A stretch of DNA of 64,000 nucleotides. Source: Macrostomum lignano. Its lineage: Eukaryota. This document shows positions 25,414-37,549 of this stretch, in pieces; positions within the stretch are counted from its first letter, which is position 1; each line of letters begins with the position of its first letter. A program made the translations under genes and the position numbers. The stretch spans positions 1-64,000 of the forward strand of contig NIVC01000458.1 in NCBI GenBank assembly GCA_002269645.1, read 5' to 3'. The notes under the pieces were generated by a model, which saw only the letters and a list, made by a program, of their open reading frames with translations, had not been told where the DNA came from and did no database searches.

Positions 25414-28400
25414 ATGGCTCACTACATTGACCCAGCACTACGGAAGAAAATCTATTACTCTGAAAAGTACAGAGACGACGTTTATGAATACCGGTAAGCT
25501 TGACTAGTTAGTATACGCTAAGCCTAGTAGGCTAGTATTACATTTTTAAATCTTTGTATCTGTATATTATCAGTATACGTTCCGAGTCTGCAATCATATT
25601 TTTATATGAAGCTTAGAATCCTGCTTAGGGGGGCAATAATACAAAGAATTTTCATACAAGATTAGGCCTATGTCAGTTAGGTCTTCAGATTTTAATAAAG
25701 ACCAAAAGGATGCTTTCTTAAGCCCAGTTATTACTTATTAGCAACTCGAAATAGCAACTGATTTCATGTATCTAAGCCATTGTGTCAAACATTAGTTTAT
25801 CAAATTTTAGCTTTCTCCTAGGCCTAGGCCTAGCCTACTCCACTACAATTGTCTTAATTCATAGTTAGGAATTTCATTTGTTTTTTTCATGGAAAATTCT
25901 AGCATAGAAAGTGGTCTGGCGATCCTACAGTTTTCCACTTTTAATTATTTTTCGAAAAATTATGGCACAGCAGGAATAAGAAATGACGATAAACGGCAAT
26001 CTTCAAGTTTCGTTCGTTAAATTATTTTTTCAATGATTTCTGAATTATCTTGCTCTGAGATAATTATTTTCGAGCTCTCCAGTGTACCCAGCCCTTTCCT
26101 AGCTGAGAAAGTAGCAGTTTTGTTAATATTATATATCTAATGTACTATAAAGCCGTTGGTAAGCAAAGGAATGTCTATGGCCCATATTATGGTAACATAA
26201 TGATGATGTGGCTTTCACTGATGTGGCATTTTAGCAAAGAATGTCTATGGGGAATAAAGATGCTACTGTACACAACTTTAGGAGTGGCATGGAGTAATAT
26301 CATAAGCAGTTAATAGACAAGCAGCTAATACACTATAAGACTAATACACTATGGCAGGACGACCAGCGGCACCCACTTTTATTGTACCAGTAGCACAAGT
26401 GCAACCAGCTGCAGCTTTGTGCAATATCACAAAGGTACACTGGAGAGCTCGAAAATAATCACCTCAGAGCAAGATAGTTCAGAAATCATTGAAAAAATAA
26501 TTTAACGAATGAAACTTGAAGATTGCCCGATAAACTTATGGCCCTATGTCGCTGACACATCTTGCAGGCCCAACACCACTCGCCAGCCATCGCTACAGTC
26601 AGCAGCTTCGTGGCGACATAGGCTCATAGCAATGTTGCATTTCTTGCACTGCAAAGAGTTTCAGATTAGCCCATAATGACTGAGCCAGCGCATTGCCGAT
26701 TGCGTGTCTGGTATCAGCAGTACCAGCTCCCGATGACTGACATCCAGGGAAGCCAATGCATCAGCAGGTTCAATTTCTGCAGGTGGGATGACTGTTGTTG
26801 GTGCAGATGGATGACTGGCCATTGTGGCTTAGCTGAAATGCAGAAAAAACCAAAAAATAATTAAAAGCGGAAAACTATAGGATCGCCAGTGGTCTAGACT
26901 TATCCTATAGTCTGAATCATGGCAGGCACATGCTAGAATTAAAATTCTAGTTATTCCAATTTTATGCCAATGTAAAAAAAATATATGCATACTATAAAGT
27001 TTGTTTATATACTAAGTTTTTTTGATAAAAACATTTTTTGCACTAAAATAAGTTTTACTAAACTTTAATAATGTTAATGTTCAAAACTAATATTATTTCT
27101 TTTACTTTTGTTTTCCTAGTAATAGTAAGTTAACATTATTTTCAGAAAAATGGCAAAACCAGGTTTGTGTGCCAATATAAAAAATTATCATTTGACACAA
27201 TGTATCTGCTATGACACAATGACACATTTTCAGAAAAATGGCAAAACCAGGTTTGTGTGCCAATATAAAAAATTATCATTTGACACAATGTCCCCCCCTT
27301 TCCTGACCACTTGTGGCCGGTGGCCATTGTATTTATTGTATTGTATTGTATTTGTATTGTATCTGCTATGTCATGTAAGCTAAGACATACATGTGCAACT
27401 GCTGGCCGACCTGGCTGATCTGGCCACCATAAATTGTGGTGGAGCAAGGGTAAATAAGTTGCAAAAATGCCCAGCCTAAAGAATACAGATGTAGTACTAA
27501 TAAGATGATGAGGCATTTAGCCCTTATAAGACATTCATAGTTACTCCTGCCATTTACCCAAAATTGCAGTAGGGTTTCTTTCACAGATAAGTTGCATTTT
27601 TGGTCAAAAAGTAAGTCGCATGCCACACTTAGGAAGGTTACATGTAAGCCGGAATTTTCCAGCGTACCATTGAAAAGTTTGGCTATTTTGGCATACCACT
27701 TTAGCATACCACTTTGAGCTTGAGAAATTTTTGGCATACCAATTTTGGTGAATAAATTCATGCCATGTATAAAAATTGTAATGTAAATTAACCCTTTTTA
27801 TTTTTATATAAAATGAAGGAAAATTTGTATAGTCTAGAAAGTCAGTGATAAACTTTTTGCTTTTTTTAAAATTAACCATGAATAAAACTTGTGTAAATTA
27901 TTGCTAAGAATGTAAATTTTGCATTCTTTTTTCTATAGGTTTAATTTAAGTTTGTTTAAAATGAATATATTTGTAATATTTGAAAGAATTTTTGTATGAA
28001 AGCCTTTCCTAGAAAACTCTACTTGTGAAAACTGAATGACCTTTTTAGGAGGAATTTTTGGCATACATTTTAGGGATTTTTTTTGTTTTTGGCATACACC
28101 GGCGTACATTTAGCTGAGATAGGATTCTTGTTCTGGTGTACACTACTACACAATCCAAACCGTGGGTCGCATGGCCAGTGTAAATCAGGGGGGTTGCGCA
28201 TGTATATGCTAAGATATATCCTGATATATGCTGAATAATAATAAGAACCTTGTTCTATACTATGAAATCCTAGTGTACATATTGCTTTCCAAACTATGGA
28301 CTAATAGTAATGTTGAACTTGAAAAATTTATATGCCAAGTGTATGCCAATATTGTTAGCAAGGACAAAATATATTTAAAAATGCCACTTTTTAGAATATA

Positions 28401-31400
28401 GCTTTTATAATATTTGATATCTTAGCATATATGCCCAACCTTAAAATTTCACCTGTCCTGCTGTCCAGTGCAACTTAGTTTTGTCCAGATTTGCAACTTA
28501 GTTGCTCCCAATTGCGACTTAGTTCCTCCCAATTGCAACTTAATTTTCACTTTGTATATAACTTTTCTTGCCTTTTTCTCTTCTTCTTTTTCTATTTTTC
28601 TCTCCTCTTATCCCTCTGTTTTCTCTTTCCTTTTTGTTTTCTCTTTTTCTCCTTTTTTTTCTTTCCCCTTTTTTGTTTTTTGCATTTTTGATTTAGCAAC
28701 TTACCTTGGCCAATAGCCATTTCACCTATCTAGTTCGGATAGGTTGGATAGCTGTTGGGCCTGAATATATCTTAGCAATACCTCTACATAAGCATTGATA
28801 TCTTAGCAAACCCTTCCCTCCTATAAGCCTTAATATTTTAGCAATATTTCTTAGAAGCCTTGATATCTTACCTATCCTCCTATAAACCTTGACATCTTAG
28901 CAATTCTTCCTATAAGCTTTGACATTTTAGCTATTCTTCTTATACAACATAAGTCTTGATATCTTGAAATTCTCCCTTATCAGCTTGAAAGCTAGTAGTC
29001 AATACTGGTAGGCCCTTTGTATATTAATCAAAAGATAAAATGATCAATTTTGATATGCAGTGTAGAAAACTAAATAGAGTTTTAAAGGTTATCTTAGCTT
29101 GCTAGTAGATGATAAGCCTTTTTAGGGCCTTAAATAAACCAATTTAGCTAGTAAATAGCCTTTTATATTATTGTAATAAGTCTAAAATATTTATTTAAGA
29201 CAACAGTAGTTAGAAGGTTTAAGTTAGGAGGATTTAATTATCTTATTAAATTTTTAATTTGTAGGTGCAATTTCAAAATTTAGGAATGTATATGCATACT
29301 TTATATACAAAAAACCAATATATACTTGTAGAAAGACTAAGAATTGCATGCAGTGTTGGGCACCAGTCCGTTAATAAGCGTTAATCCATTAAAAAGCGTT
29401 AAGATTTTTCATTAACATTAATGGACTGTCGTTAAGATTTTTTGAACTAATGGATTAACAAATTTGCGTTAAAAATTTTGTGAATTAACGATAAATTCAT
29501 TGTTAACGGTAGTAGTGTCTATGTCAATGACCAAAGACGCAAAGAAGGAATGAAAAATAGAAGTCTTACAAGAAGTTTAAACATTACAAACGTATTTGAG
29601 CTTACCTATATGCCTAAATATAATCTCTTTATTTATGACGATGATCATACAGATGTACATGTAATTAACAACTTCTTACAAATAAATTTTAAAATAATGA
29701 ATTAAAATAGTGTGAAACTTTATTTCTTGCGCGTGAGCATCGATCGCTTTGATTCACTTCTGTCCCAATCTTTCGCAACTTTCTGCTGCGCCTGCTAATG
29801 GTACTGAAACAACCTTCCTATGTGTATTTAATTATGAATTTCTTGCTATTAGCTTTTAAGTTTCAAATAAAATAAGTTACTTTTTTACCATATGCTTTAC
29901 TTTTAGTAGTATTATGCATGCAAGTTTTCAAAATGATTATTTATTACTTTTTTAGCTTTCAAATTGCTTAGATGACCTCTGTGTTTCGCTAAAAAGATGG
30001 AATAGCAAAGACGTGCAATACGAAGTCTGTTTTGGAAAAAGTGTGCAAGATTTCCATATTTTCTGTGTTAACTTTAACAGATTAACGCTTATTAACAACT
30101 ATCAGTTAACTTTCAGTTAACTTAACAAAATTAGGAGTTGAAAAGTTAAGATTTTCATTAATGGTGCCCAACACTGATTGCATGCTTAAATATGATAAAA
30201 ATTTATTGGACACAATTAGAGGTTCGATTAGATTGAAATCATTGGGCAAGATTGGGATCAGGTCTTTTGTGTACTGTAGTTTGTAGGTCCATATATAGAG
30301 TTGTAAAGAAAAGACATGCAATATGCCATTTAAAAAGATTAGCTATTAAAATACTATATAACAATATAATGAGTACAGATTAAAACAAAATGCATTCAGG
30401 TAATCACTAATTATATAAATTCTGAATCAAAAGACCTGTTCCTAATTTTTATTTTTTAATGTCAAGATTCCAATCCCATGGGAATCTAATTTTCCTTAGG
30501 ATCTTAAGACTTTGGGAATTGGGATTAGGATCAGGATCCAATCCAACCTTTAAAAACAATCCAATTAAACAATCCAAAACAGGCATAATATAATAGCTAA
30601 CATATATATTTTTGGCTTCAAATATTTAAATATTAAATTTGATTCTATTAAAAAAGTACCAAACCATTGCACTATGTGCCCCAGAGCTGCTCTAGATTGA
30701 CAGAGAGACTGTGAGCACTGGCGGAACTAGGATTTTTGCTGAGGGAATCTTGACCCACTTAATTTTCTTAGGCCAACCCCTTGAGCCCCTCAGATCTGCC
30801 AGGGCTTTTGTAATTGTTAATATGAACTTTTTTTTAACAAAACAAATTTCTAGACTTTACAATATAAAAAAATTGAAGTTTGAGTGATGGTGTTGATTGA
30901 CAGGTAAAATTATTTTGCATGCTAACCTATGTAGTGCAACAGGGTGGTTTTGGGTTGAGCCTAGGGCCTTGAATTAATTGTAATATAGAGTTAAGAATAA
31001 TTTGGAGTATTTTCAGGCATCTGACAGCACCTCACAGTGCTTTTGGAGGGGAAAATATGATACAAAATTCACCAACCAAATTTCCTTAGGTTTCGAAAAG
31101 ATACTACTTTTTGCAGTTTTTTTGGCACTAGAACACTGTAGTCCTAACACCTTGGCTTTTTGATAAAAATCAAAATGTACTTTTGCCATCCTAATTGGGT
31201 GCTGCAATATGTAAATAATTTTGTTGTCATATTATACTTATAATTAGCCAATACACGCTGCATTTTGGCCCCATATTCCACCAACCAGACACTGCCACCT
31301 GCCCAAGGAGTTGCTAGTCTATGTGCCCAAGAATCGGGTAATGACCGAAGACGAATGGCGCGGGATTGGCATCCAGCAGAGCGAAGGCTGGGTGAACTAT

Positions 31401-31523
31401 ATGGTGCACCAGCCCGAGCCGCATATCATTCTGTTTCGTCGGCCAATCGCTGTGGCCGAAGCCCAGGCGCAGAAAGCCGCCGCCGCTGCTGCCGCGGCTG
31501 CTGCCGCCACTCGGGCTTGTTGA
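25414..31523 (+). CDS. CKS1: Cyclin-dependent kinases regulatory subunit (CKS1/CKS2 family), 2 coding exons, 104 aa
   Basis: Exon 25414-25493 ([28 protein letters not shown]|gtaagc) joins exon 31289-31523 (ccag|A-CAC...) to give [46 protein letters not shown]. Exon 1 is absent from the ORF track. Confidence 0.93.
25916..26889. mobile_element. Non-autonomous TIR element (37-bp TIR, 4-bp TSD) hosting a nested MITE
   Basis: TIR CTGGCGATCCTACAGTTTTCCACTTTTAATTATTTTT (25916-25952) and its inverse at 26853-26889 with 2 mismatches. TGGT lies on both flanks. Confidence 0.7.
25995..26527. mobile_element. MITE with about 94-bp TIRs and 8-bp TSD
   Basis: GGCAATCTTCAAG...CCAGTGTACC (25995-26088) is inverted at 26434-26527. 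TSD CGATAAAC lies at 25987-25994 and 26528-26535. Confidence 0.85.
27138..27292. repeat. Direct duplication of about 64 bp (TTTTCAGAAAAATGGCAAAACCAGG...TTTGACACAATG)
   Basis: Two near-identical copies in the CKS1 intron. Confidence 0.8.
29351..30176. mobile_element. hAT-type non-autonomous DNA transposon, 826 bp
   Basis: TIR CAGTGTTGGGCAC / GTGCCCAACACTG with repeated subterminal CGTTAA motifs. Perfect 8-bp TSD ATTGCATG at 29343-29350 and 30177-30184. Confidence 0.88.
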
Positions 31524-32343
31524 AGCTCGAGTGGGTCGAGTGACTTAAATAAAAAAGAAATGATAATCTACAAGCAGACGAATTTAGATGAATTGGTTTG
31601 TTGCTTAATATAAATGTAACCATCAATTTATCGAGCGTAGCGTGTTTACAAAATATAATCCAGTTTCTACTGATTCTGTTGCAGTGCAATGCTTTGCTCT
31701 CATTTTTTATATTTTTTGTTTCTTTATTCTTTAATTTTGAATAAAAAATTCTCATCCAAAAATAGATTATTATACAAGTCAGCAGTAGTCAGTGTTGCAT
31801 TTTATAGTTATAATTTAGTCTATTACATTTCTATTCAAAATGCGTTTATTCATTTTCAGCTTGCTCATTCGATTTTTTTACTTTTTAAGCCTCCCTAACT
31901 AGCTGGGACAAATTATTTGTACCAGAAATCCATCAAATAATTGCATTGTAATTCTATTTTGTTCTCTAATTGATACTATTCTCGATCTTCCTGTATACTC
32001 TTGGTGCTTAAAGCCTATATTTAAGTCGGTTCGTTTAAAAATAAACAAACAAATAAATTCCTTAAGCTTGATTTAAAAGCTCGATTCCAAAGCTAACAGG
32101 CATTAGCATTCACATTTGCATTTGCCATGTTTAGAGTAGCTGATTTTATTATTTTATAAGCTTAATAAACACTGAAGAAACAAATAATCAAATTAATTAA
32201 AACTGCGCAATACTTATACTTCAATAACTACTTGTAGTACTACTTGTATCAGAATCTGAAAACAAGATTAAGCATCATGTACCGTACGAGGTACTAACAA
32301 TTGCACCAACAGTTGGACTCGATAAATTATAACAGAGTTTGTA

Positions 32344-33937
32344 TAGCATTTCCCGGTCAATAGCGCGGCACACATAGTCAGTTTCTAGATTCCTACAATC
32401 TGGTTCGCAGAATTTTTCTGTCCATCATCAGTCGTTCAAAAAGTGCAAACAGTTCCGCACGTTTGTCCGCACTATCGATTTATTATATTTCTATTTCTCC
32501 TTGTCCACTTGAAACCAATTTAGCTTCACATTGTACCAATACAGTGCAGTCAATATCGTGTGCAGCAATCGTGTTCGCACATGTGGAAATCATTATTGAG
32601 TCTAGCAATCAGTTTTTAAATCCTGTAAATCGAAGGCATGTTCCTTCATCATTTTCAATTTATTTTGATAAATTTCATCTGTCTGGTTTTAACACAATGC
32701 AAAATCACACCAGCAATATCAGAAAGAGTTCAATGAATTATTAATTATCCGTTGATGATCGGCCTGCCCGCCAGCGAGTCGGGCATGAAGCGGTGCAGAC
32801 GGCCGCACCAGTTTTGACACTTCTGAATGGTGATGGTGTCTAAAGCAGTTCCGCCTACTTGGATTAGAATTCTTGCACGCCAGTCGCAGAGGCTGAGGCC
32901 TTCATTCCGGTGATTATTTTCAGCATCAGCTATTTGACACGCCACTGCAGGTGAGCTGTGAGCCTGCTCGGTGGGGTTTAACATTGGGCTGTAGGCTGGC
33001 AATATGCGCAATTGGAATTGGCCAGCGAATTGCTGGGGACAGAAAAACGAAGAATCGAAGATGCGATCTGGCGCCGTCGAAGATGATGGTACAGGTTTCG
33101 TTGTATCGCGGCCGCCAGCTGCACTAGCTCGTCAATGAACCCTTGAAACGTTTGACGAGTGACGGTTTTTTGTCGCAACCGGTGACGCAGAGCCCAGAAG
33201 AGATGGCCAATGTAAGTACGACGTTTCGACCTCTCGACCCACATACTTGGCGTCGAACTCGCTCACCTCGTGCTGCTCTGCCGATAGTTCTCCTTGTGAG
33301 CAGATTTTAGCCGCATTCGTCTAAGAAGATAAGATGGTGATTGGCCCCTGGATTAAAAAAGAAGCGGGCGAAATCCTTCGGGCGACGATGACGTCAGGCC
33401 GATTTCTCTCCAGAGGAGCATTGGCATCCTTGCCTGCAACTTTGCAGGTGTTGAGCTGTCCTTCCAGCACTCTGGCAGGCAGTCTCTGCTGCAGAAGCTC
33501 CTGGACTTCAACGAGAGTTACGAATGGTTACGATTTGGGAGACTAGGTCTTTCATTTCGGCGTCCATCCTTACATGCCTTCTTCCACCACACAGCTTGGC
33601 AGTCCGAGCTTCTCGAACCCAGGTAGCGATGATCGATCTCGCAGTGGAATTATTGATGTTTAGGACGTTAGCCAGCGCCTTCCAGTCGTCGCCAGCTTCA
33701 AAAGGCATCAACCAGTCGTTGCCGATCGATCAGTATTTGTCGTTCGGTTTCTACGGACTTGCTCAGCCAAATTGAATCACAGCAGTGACTTTTGAGATGT
33801 GAGTTAAATAGATCACAGAAAGCGCTAAGTCTATTGAATGCAACCCTATTTTGAGTACAACATGCCAGCAGTGGTAGTCGTGAACCAGATTGTAGGAATC
33901 TAGAAACGTGTACCGCGCTATTGACCGGGAAATGCTG
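32344..33937 (-). mobile_element. Decayed IS630/Tc1/mariner transposon (about DD35E), TA TSD
   Basis: About 60-bp TIRs TA|(C/T)AGCATTTCCCGGTCAATAGCGCGG at both ends. Transposase remnants on minus: HTH region (33508-33711), LIFLDECG* with an in-frame stop, IIFDGARSH, LPAYSPMLNPTE. Frameshifted. Confidence 0.88.
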
Positions 33938-34250
33938 TATATACGAGCGTAAATGGAAAAAAGTCTGAATTGGTAAACAACAGATTTTACTGTGTATTAG
34001 TTCAAGGGATTGTTTTTCTTTTAAATTAAGAACCGCACCAAAATTGCTTAAAAATTGTTGACAAAAATACCTAGATATAAGTGATTTCCCATACCCAGTC
34101 TTGCGCAAAGCTATTTCATGTTAGATAGCTCGTACATTCTGGCTCTCGTCACGTGGTCAGTTTGTCATGCAGTTTATTCTTTGAATTTTGCAAAAATTTC
34201 CTAATGTTTTGGTCATTGTGCACCGGCTGTGGTGTCGGGCTCGCTGGGTT

Positions 34251-37203
34251 TCACTTGATGGCACAACCGTCCACCATGCGAAGCATAATCGGCGTATTGA
34301 GACCACCGTCGTGCTCGTCAATCTCGCATTTGGAGAATCCAGCTCTCATTACGTAGAGCTGCGGCAGCCGGAAGTGACAGCCCTGATACACGAAGTACCA
34401 AAGCGGAGTGATGGCGTACTGCACTGCTCGGACCAGGGGCCGGTCCGACAGAGTGTGGTCCATGAACAGAAACAGTCCACCAGGCCGGAGCACCCGTCTG
34501 ACCTCCTTGAGCATCCGGTCCAGATCCCACACGGTGCACATGGTCAGCGTGCAGAACACGGCGTCGAAGGATTCGTCTGGGAAGCAGGACATGTCTTCGG
34601 CGAAGCCGGTCACGCAGGCGGCGAGGGTGACGCCGGCCTCTTTGGAAGCCGCTCGAGTGAAAATGCCGCGCGCCTCCGACAGCGGGTCGAGCGCAGTGAG
34701 CCTGGCGCCAGATGGCAGGTATTTGAAGTTCACCCCAGTGCCTGAGCCCAGCTCCAGGATCTTTGGTACGAGCGTGATTTAAGTGCAAATGGCGACACTT
34801 ATAGTTGATGTCGCAAATCAAGGCCTCGTCGACCCGCGGCGATTACGAGGAAGCAATTGCAGTCGTGCCCTATTTTTTTGACTATGTACACGGGTAGCGG
34901 GGGTAAGCATGCCACGTCATCATCATAATCGGAAAGTGCTAGACACTGAGTCTGTGCCTAGAGGATTTGGCACTAGGGGACGGAAATCGCACAAGCCTCA
35001 GACAAACTTTTGCGCATGAAAATAGAAGTTATGTGGCCGTGCACACGGAGGATCGGACCCATATGATATAACAAATGGACGTATCAGGGACAACCTAAAC
35101 TACCGGGACGCGAAACAAGCCAAATCATGGCGAAAAAAGTTGGGGGCTCGTTTTAGTCTATGGGCGCTCGATTTTTCATGCATTAAATGCTTAGCTTAGC
35201 TGCTTAAAAGACTAAGGCCACAGTATTATTTTTGCTTTTAAAAGGTTCAGTAAGTTGTCTAAAAGGTTTTTTATTTAGTTTTAAAGATGTTATTTGTTTT
35301 TTTTGAGTACTAAAAAACGTCCGTACAGAGCACAATGACATACAACTAGACACGCGAGATATTCACGAAGAAAAGTTTTAAACATAGCATAGTGTATATA
35401 TCGTGGAACGGAACTGAACATAACTTATTTGAGGAGGAACTTACACGGGGACCTGTATAATGTATAGGAAAAACTGGGGTAATAAGCGAAAATTACATAT
35501 ATTTAAGCATGTGAGATAAGCACAAGAGAAAAAAGTTTAAAAGCATGAAATGGTGTGTGTACAAAAGTACAAGGCAACTCGTACTAGTAGAATAGAACAC
35601 AGAAAATCAGGACTAAACAGAACGAATTTTAGGAGGAACCCAGATGAGGAGCAGCTAGATATGAAAGATTTCGGATTGGAAAATTTGAAACTCCAAAGAC
35701 AGAATACAAAAAACTATACCGCAAATTCACTGGCCTCCCAGTTTGCGTAGCTTTCTGTCGTGCGATGAGTCGGCGCAGGTGCAACCCTTCGATGAGCGCT
35801 TTACCAGGCCTTTAAAATAAACATTCGTAAGCCGACGACTTATACTGCCGTGTCTATGGAGCCGTCGCACTTCAATGCTGCAACAAATTTTCACTGAAGA
35901 CTTGGAGAGCGAGTGTTACCTTCGTTTTTCTGTATGCTTGAACTGAAGGATAGCAAGCTTCATGGGTTAATTCCGTTCGTTTGACAACGTGATATTCTTC
36001 TGATTTGTACAGTCGGATCGCGTCCATCCATTTAGCCGATATAACTGTCTGCACCTGGCGGTTGAATAGTTAAGGTTCCATTGGATTCAGTTTGCCAATT
36101 GTTGCAAGTCTCGAATCAAAACTGGCGTATGCATAATGAATGCGCGAACGGAGAAGTTTGGGGCAATAAAAACTGTCTGTCTGTCCGTCTGTATCAAGCA
36201 CGAAGAGGGAAAGCCAGAGAAGACAGAAGGCGGATCTTTCGGTCTTTCATGGCGACCATTCTTCAACATGGGGTGTCACTTGGCCAGTGCTTTTGGCATA
36301 TGTCCATGTTTTCAGTCACTTTCTAGAATGGTAAATTTTATCGCAGTGGTTATTTTTAACAATTAGTTTGTAATAAATTCATCCACGCATACCAGCGTAT
36401 GATCGCTTAGAATTAACAACCTAATTCTTACCTCAAAAGTATTTGGTAGGCTTTGTCTCCAACGCTCCCGTTCTCGTGCATCTCAAGGAAGAGCTAATAT
36501 CGTTGTTCGGCTTTCTTCTGAGTTATAGTTTGATCTGCAGTTAAAGACGCTGCACTTTCTCGACATTTTTCACAGTCGCACAAGAGTTGAGGGCTTTTAA
36601 TTTGCCCTCACACCCCTTTAGACTGAAGAGTAGTAGTTGGAACGGCCATAGAACACTGCTTTCAAACGAGCCCCCAACTTTTTTCACCATGATTTGGCTT
36701 GTTTCGCGTCCCGGTAGTTTTAGTTGTCCCTGGGACGTATCTACATGTATATAGAAGAAATTCAGACGTCCCTAATACGTATTTTTAGGTCGCAGGAAGG
36801 ACGTCCTTAAATCTAAAGCTTCGAACTTGCAAAGCTTAATTTTTTCGACGGCGTAAATTTAACGTTTTAAAGTGACCATTGTTTGACTCCTGATGCTAGC
36901 AGATAAACTTATACTAGCCGGTCTGCTCCTTTAACGTTGAACCTGTCTGAAGGTTTCAAGCAAACTCACGTCCATTGGCCTGCCTAGCTCGTCTGCTCGG
37001 TCCTGCAGTCGTTGAAACAGCACCCGTTTCCGCTCGTGGAGCACCCGATCAGTCTCATCTCCAATTATTGACACCAATCGCACCTGGCACCACAGGTAGA
37101 ACTTCCGTCCAGCATACAGAGCGAATGCTCCGGAGCCAAACATTAGAGCAACTCAAGCTGTCGTCTGCCGCGGCAGCAGAGACTTTGATAATGAAGAAAG
37201 CAT
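34251..37203 (-). pseudogene. METTL7: METTL7-like (TMT1) SAM-dependent methyltransferase, copy A; premature TGA at codon 17 (possible re-initiation at Met 37143)
   Basis: Exons 37203-36970 and 34760-34251 have the same lengths as copy B (234 + 510 nt). Motifs ILELGSGTGVNF, SFDAVFCTLTMC, VRRVLRPGG, GC. TGA at 37155-37153 aligns with CGA in copy B. Confidence 0.75.
35085..36732 (-). mobile_element. P-element/THAP9-like DNA transposon (internally deleted) in the METTL7-A intron
   Basis: About 68-bp TIRs starting CAGGGACAAC. Perfect 8-bp TSD GGACGTAT at 35077-35084 and 36733-36740. Minus-strand remnants D.P.MLKNGR and KTKVTLALQVFS resemble P-transposase motifs. Confidence 0.75.
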
Positions 37204-37549
37204 TGTAAAGAAAACAATCTGGAAAAATGTTTTCAATAAAAATTATACAATTGTCGTAATTATTACGAAATGTCGTTATGTCGAAAATGTGTCGTCATGC
37301 CCAACAAATAATTACTCCCGATATCAGGCTTTCCAGCCTAAGATATCAGTATCACCTTTGAGCCTCGAGTCTTGACAACTCAGCATTTACCCTTAAGGCT
37401 AAAATATTATAAAGCAATTTGAAGTGTTGTAGAGTGTTCTACCTCCCGTAAAAGACATAAAAAGTGTTAATGTACTACTCACACATTTTATTCAGTAGTA
37501 TACTAAGTACCATGTATAAAGATATGCGCTAAACCATACATATATTTGA

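Noticed and set aside
30716-30805. Possible small hAT MITE (CACTGGCGGAACTAGG ... CAGATCTGCCAGGG)
   Set aside because: The TIRs are degenerate and there is no matching TSD.
37153-37155. Selenocysteine recoding of the METTL7-A TGA
   Set aside because: The aligned residue in the paralogue is Arg (CGA), not Cys, the position is outside the active site, and no SECIS was recognised.
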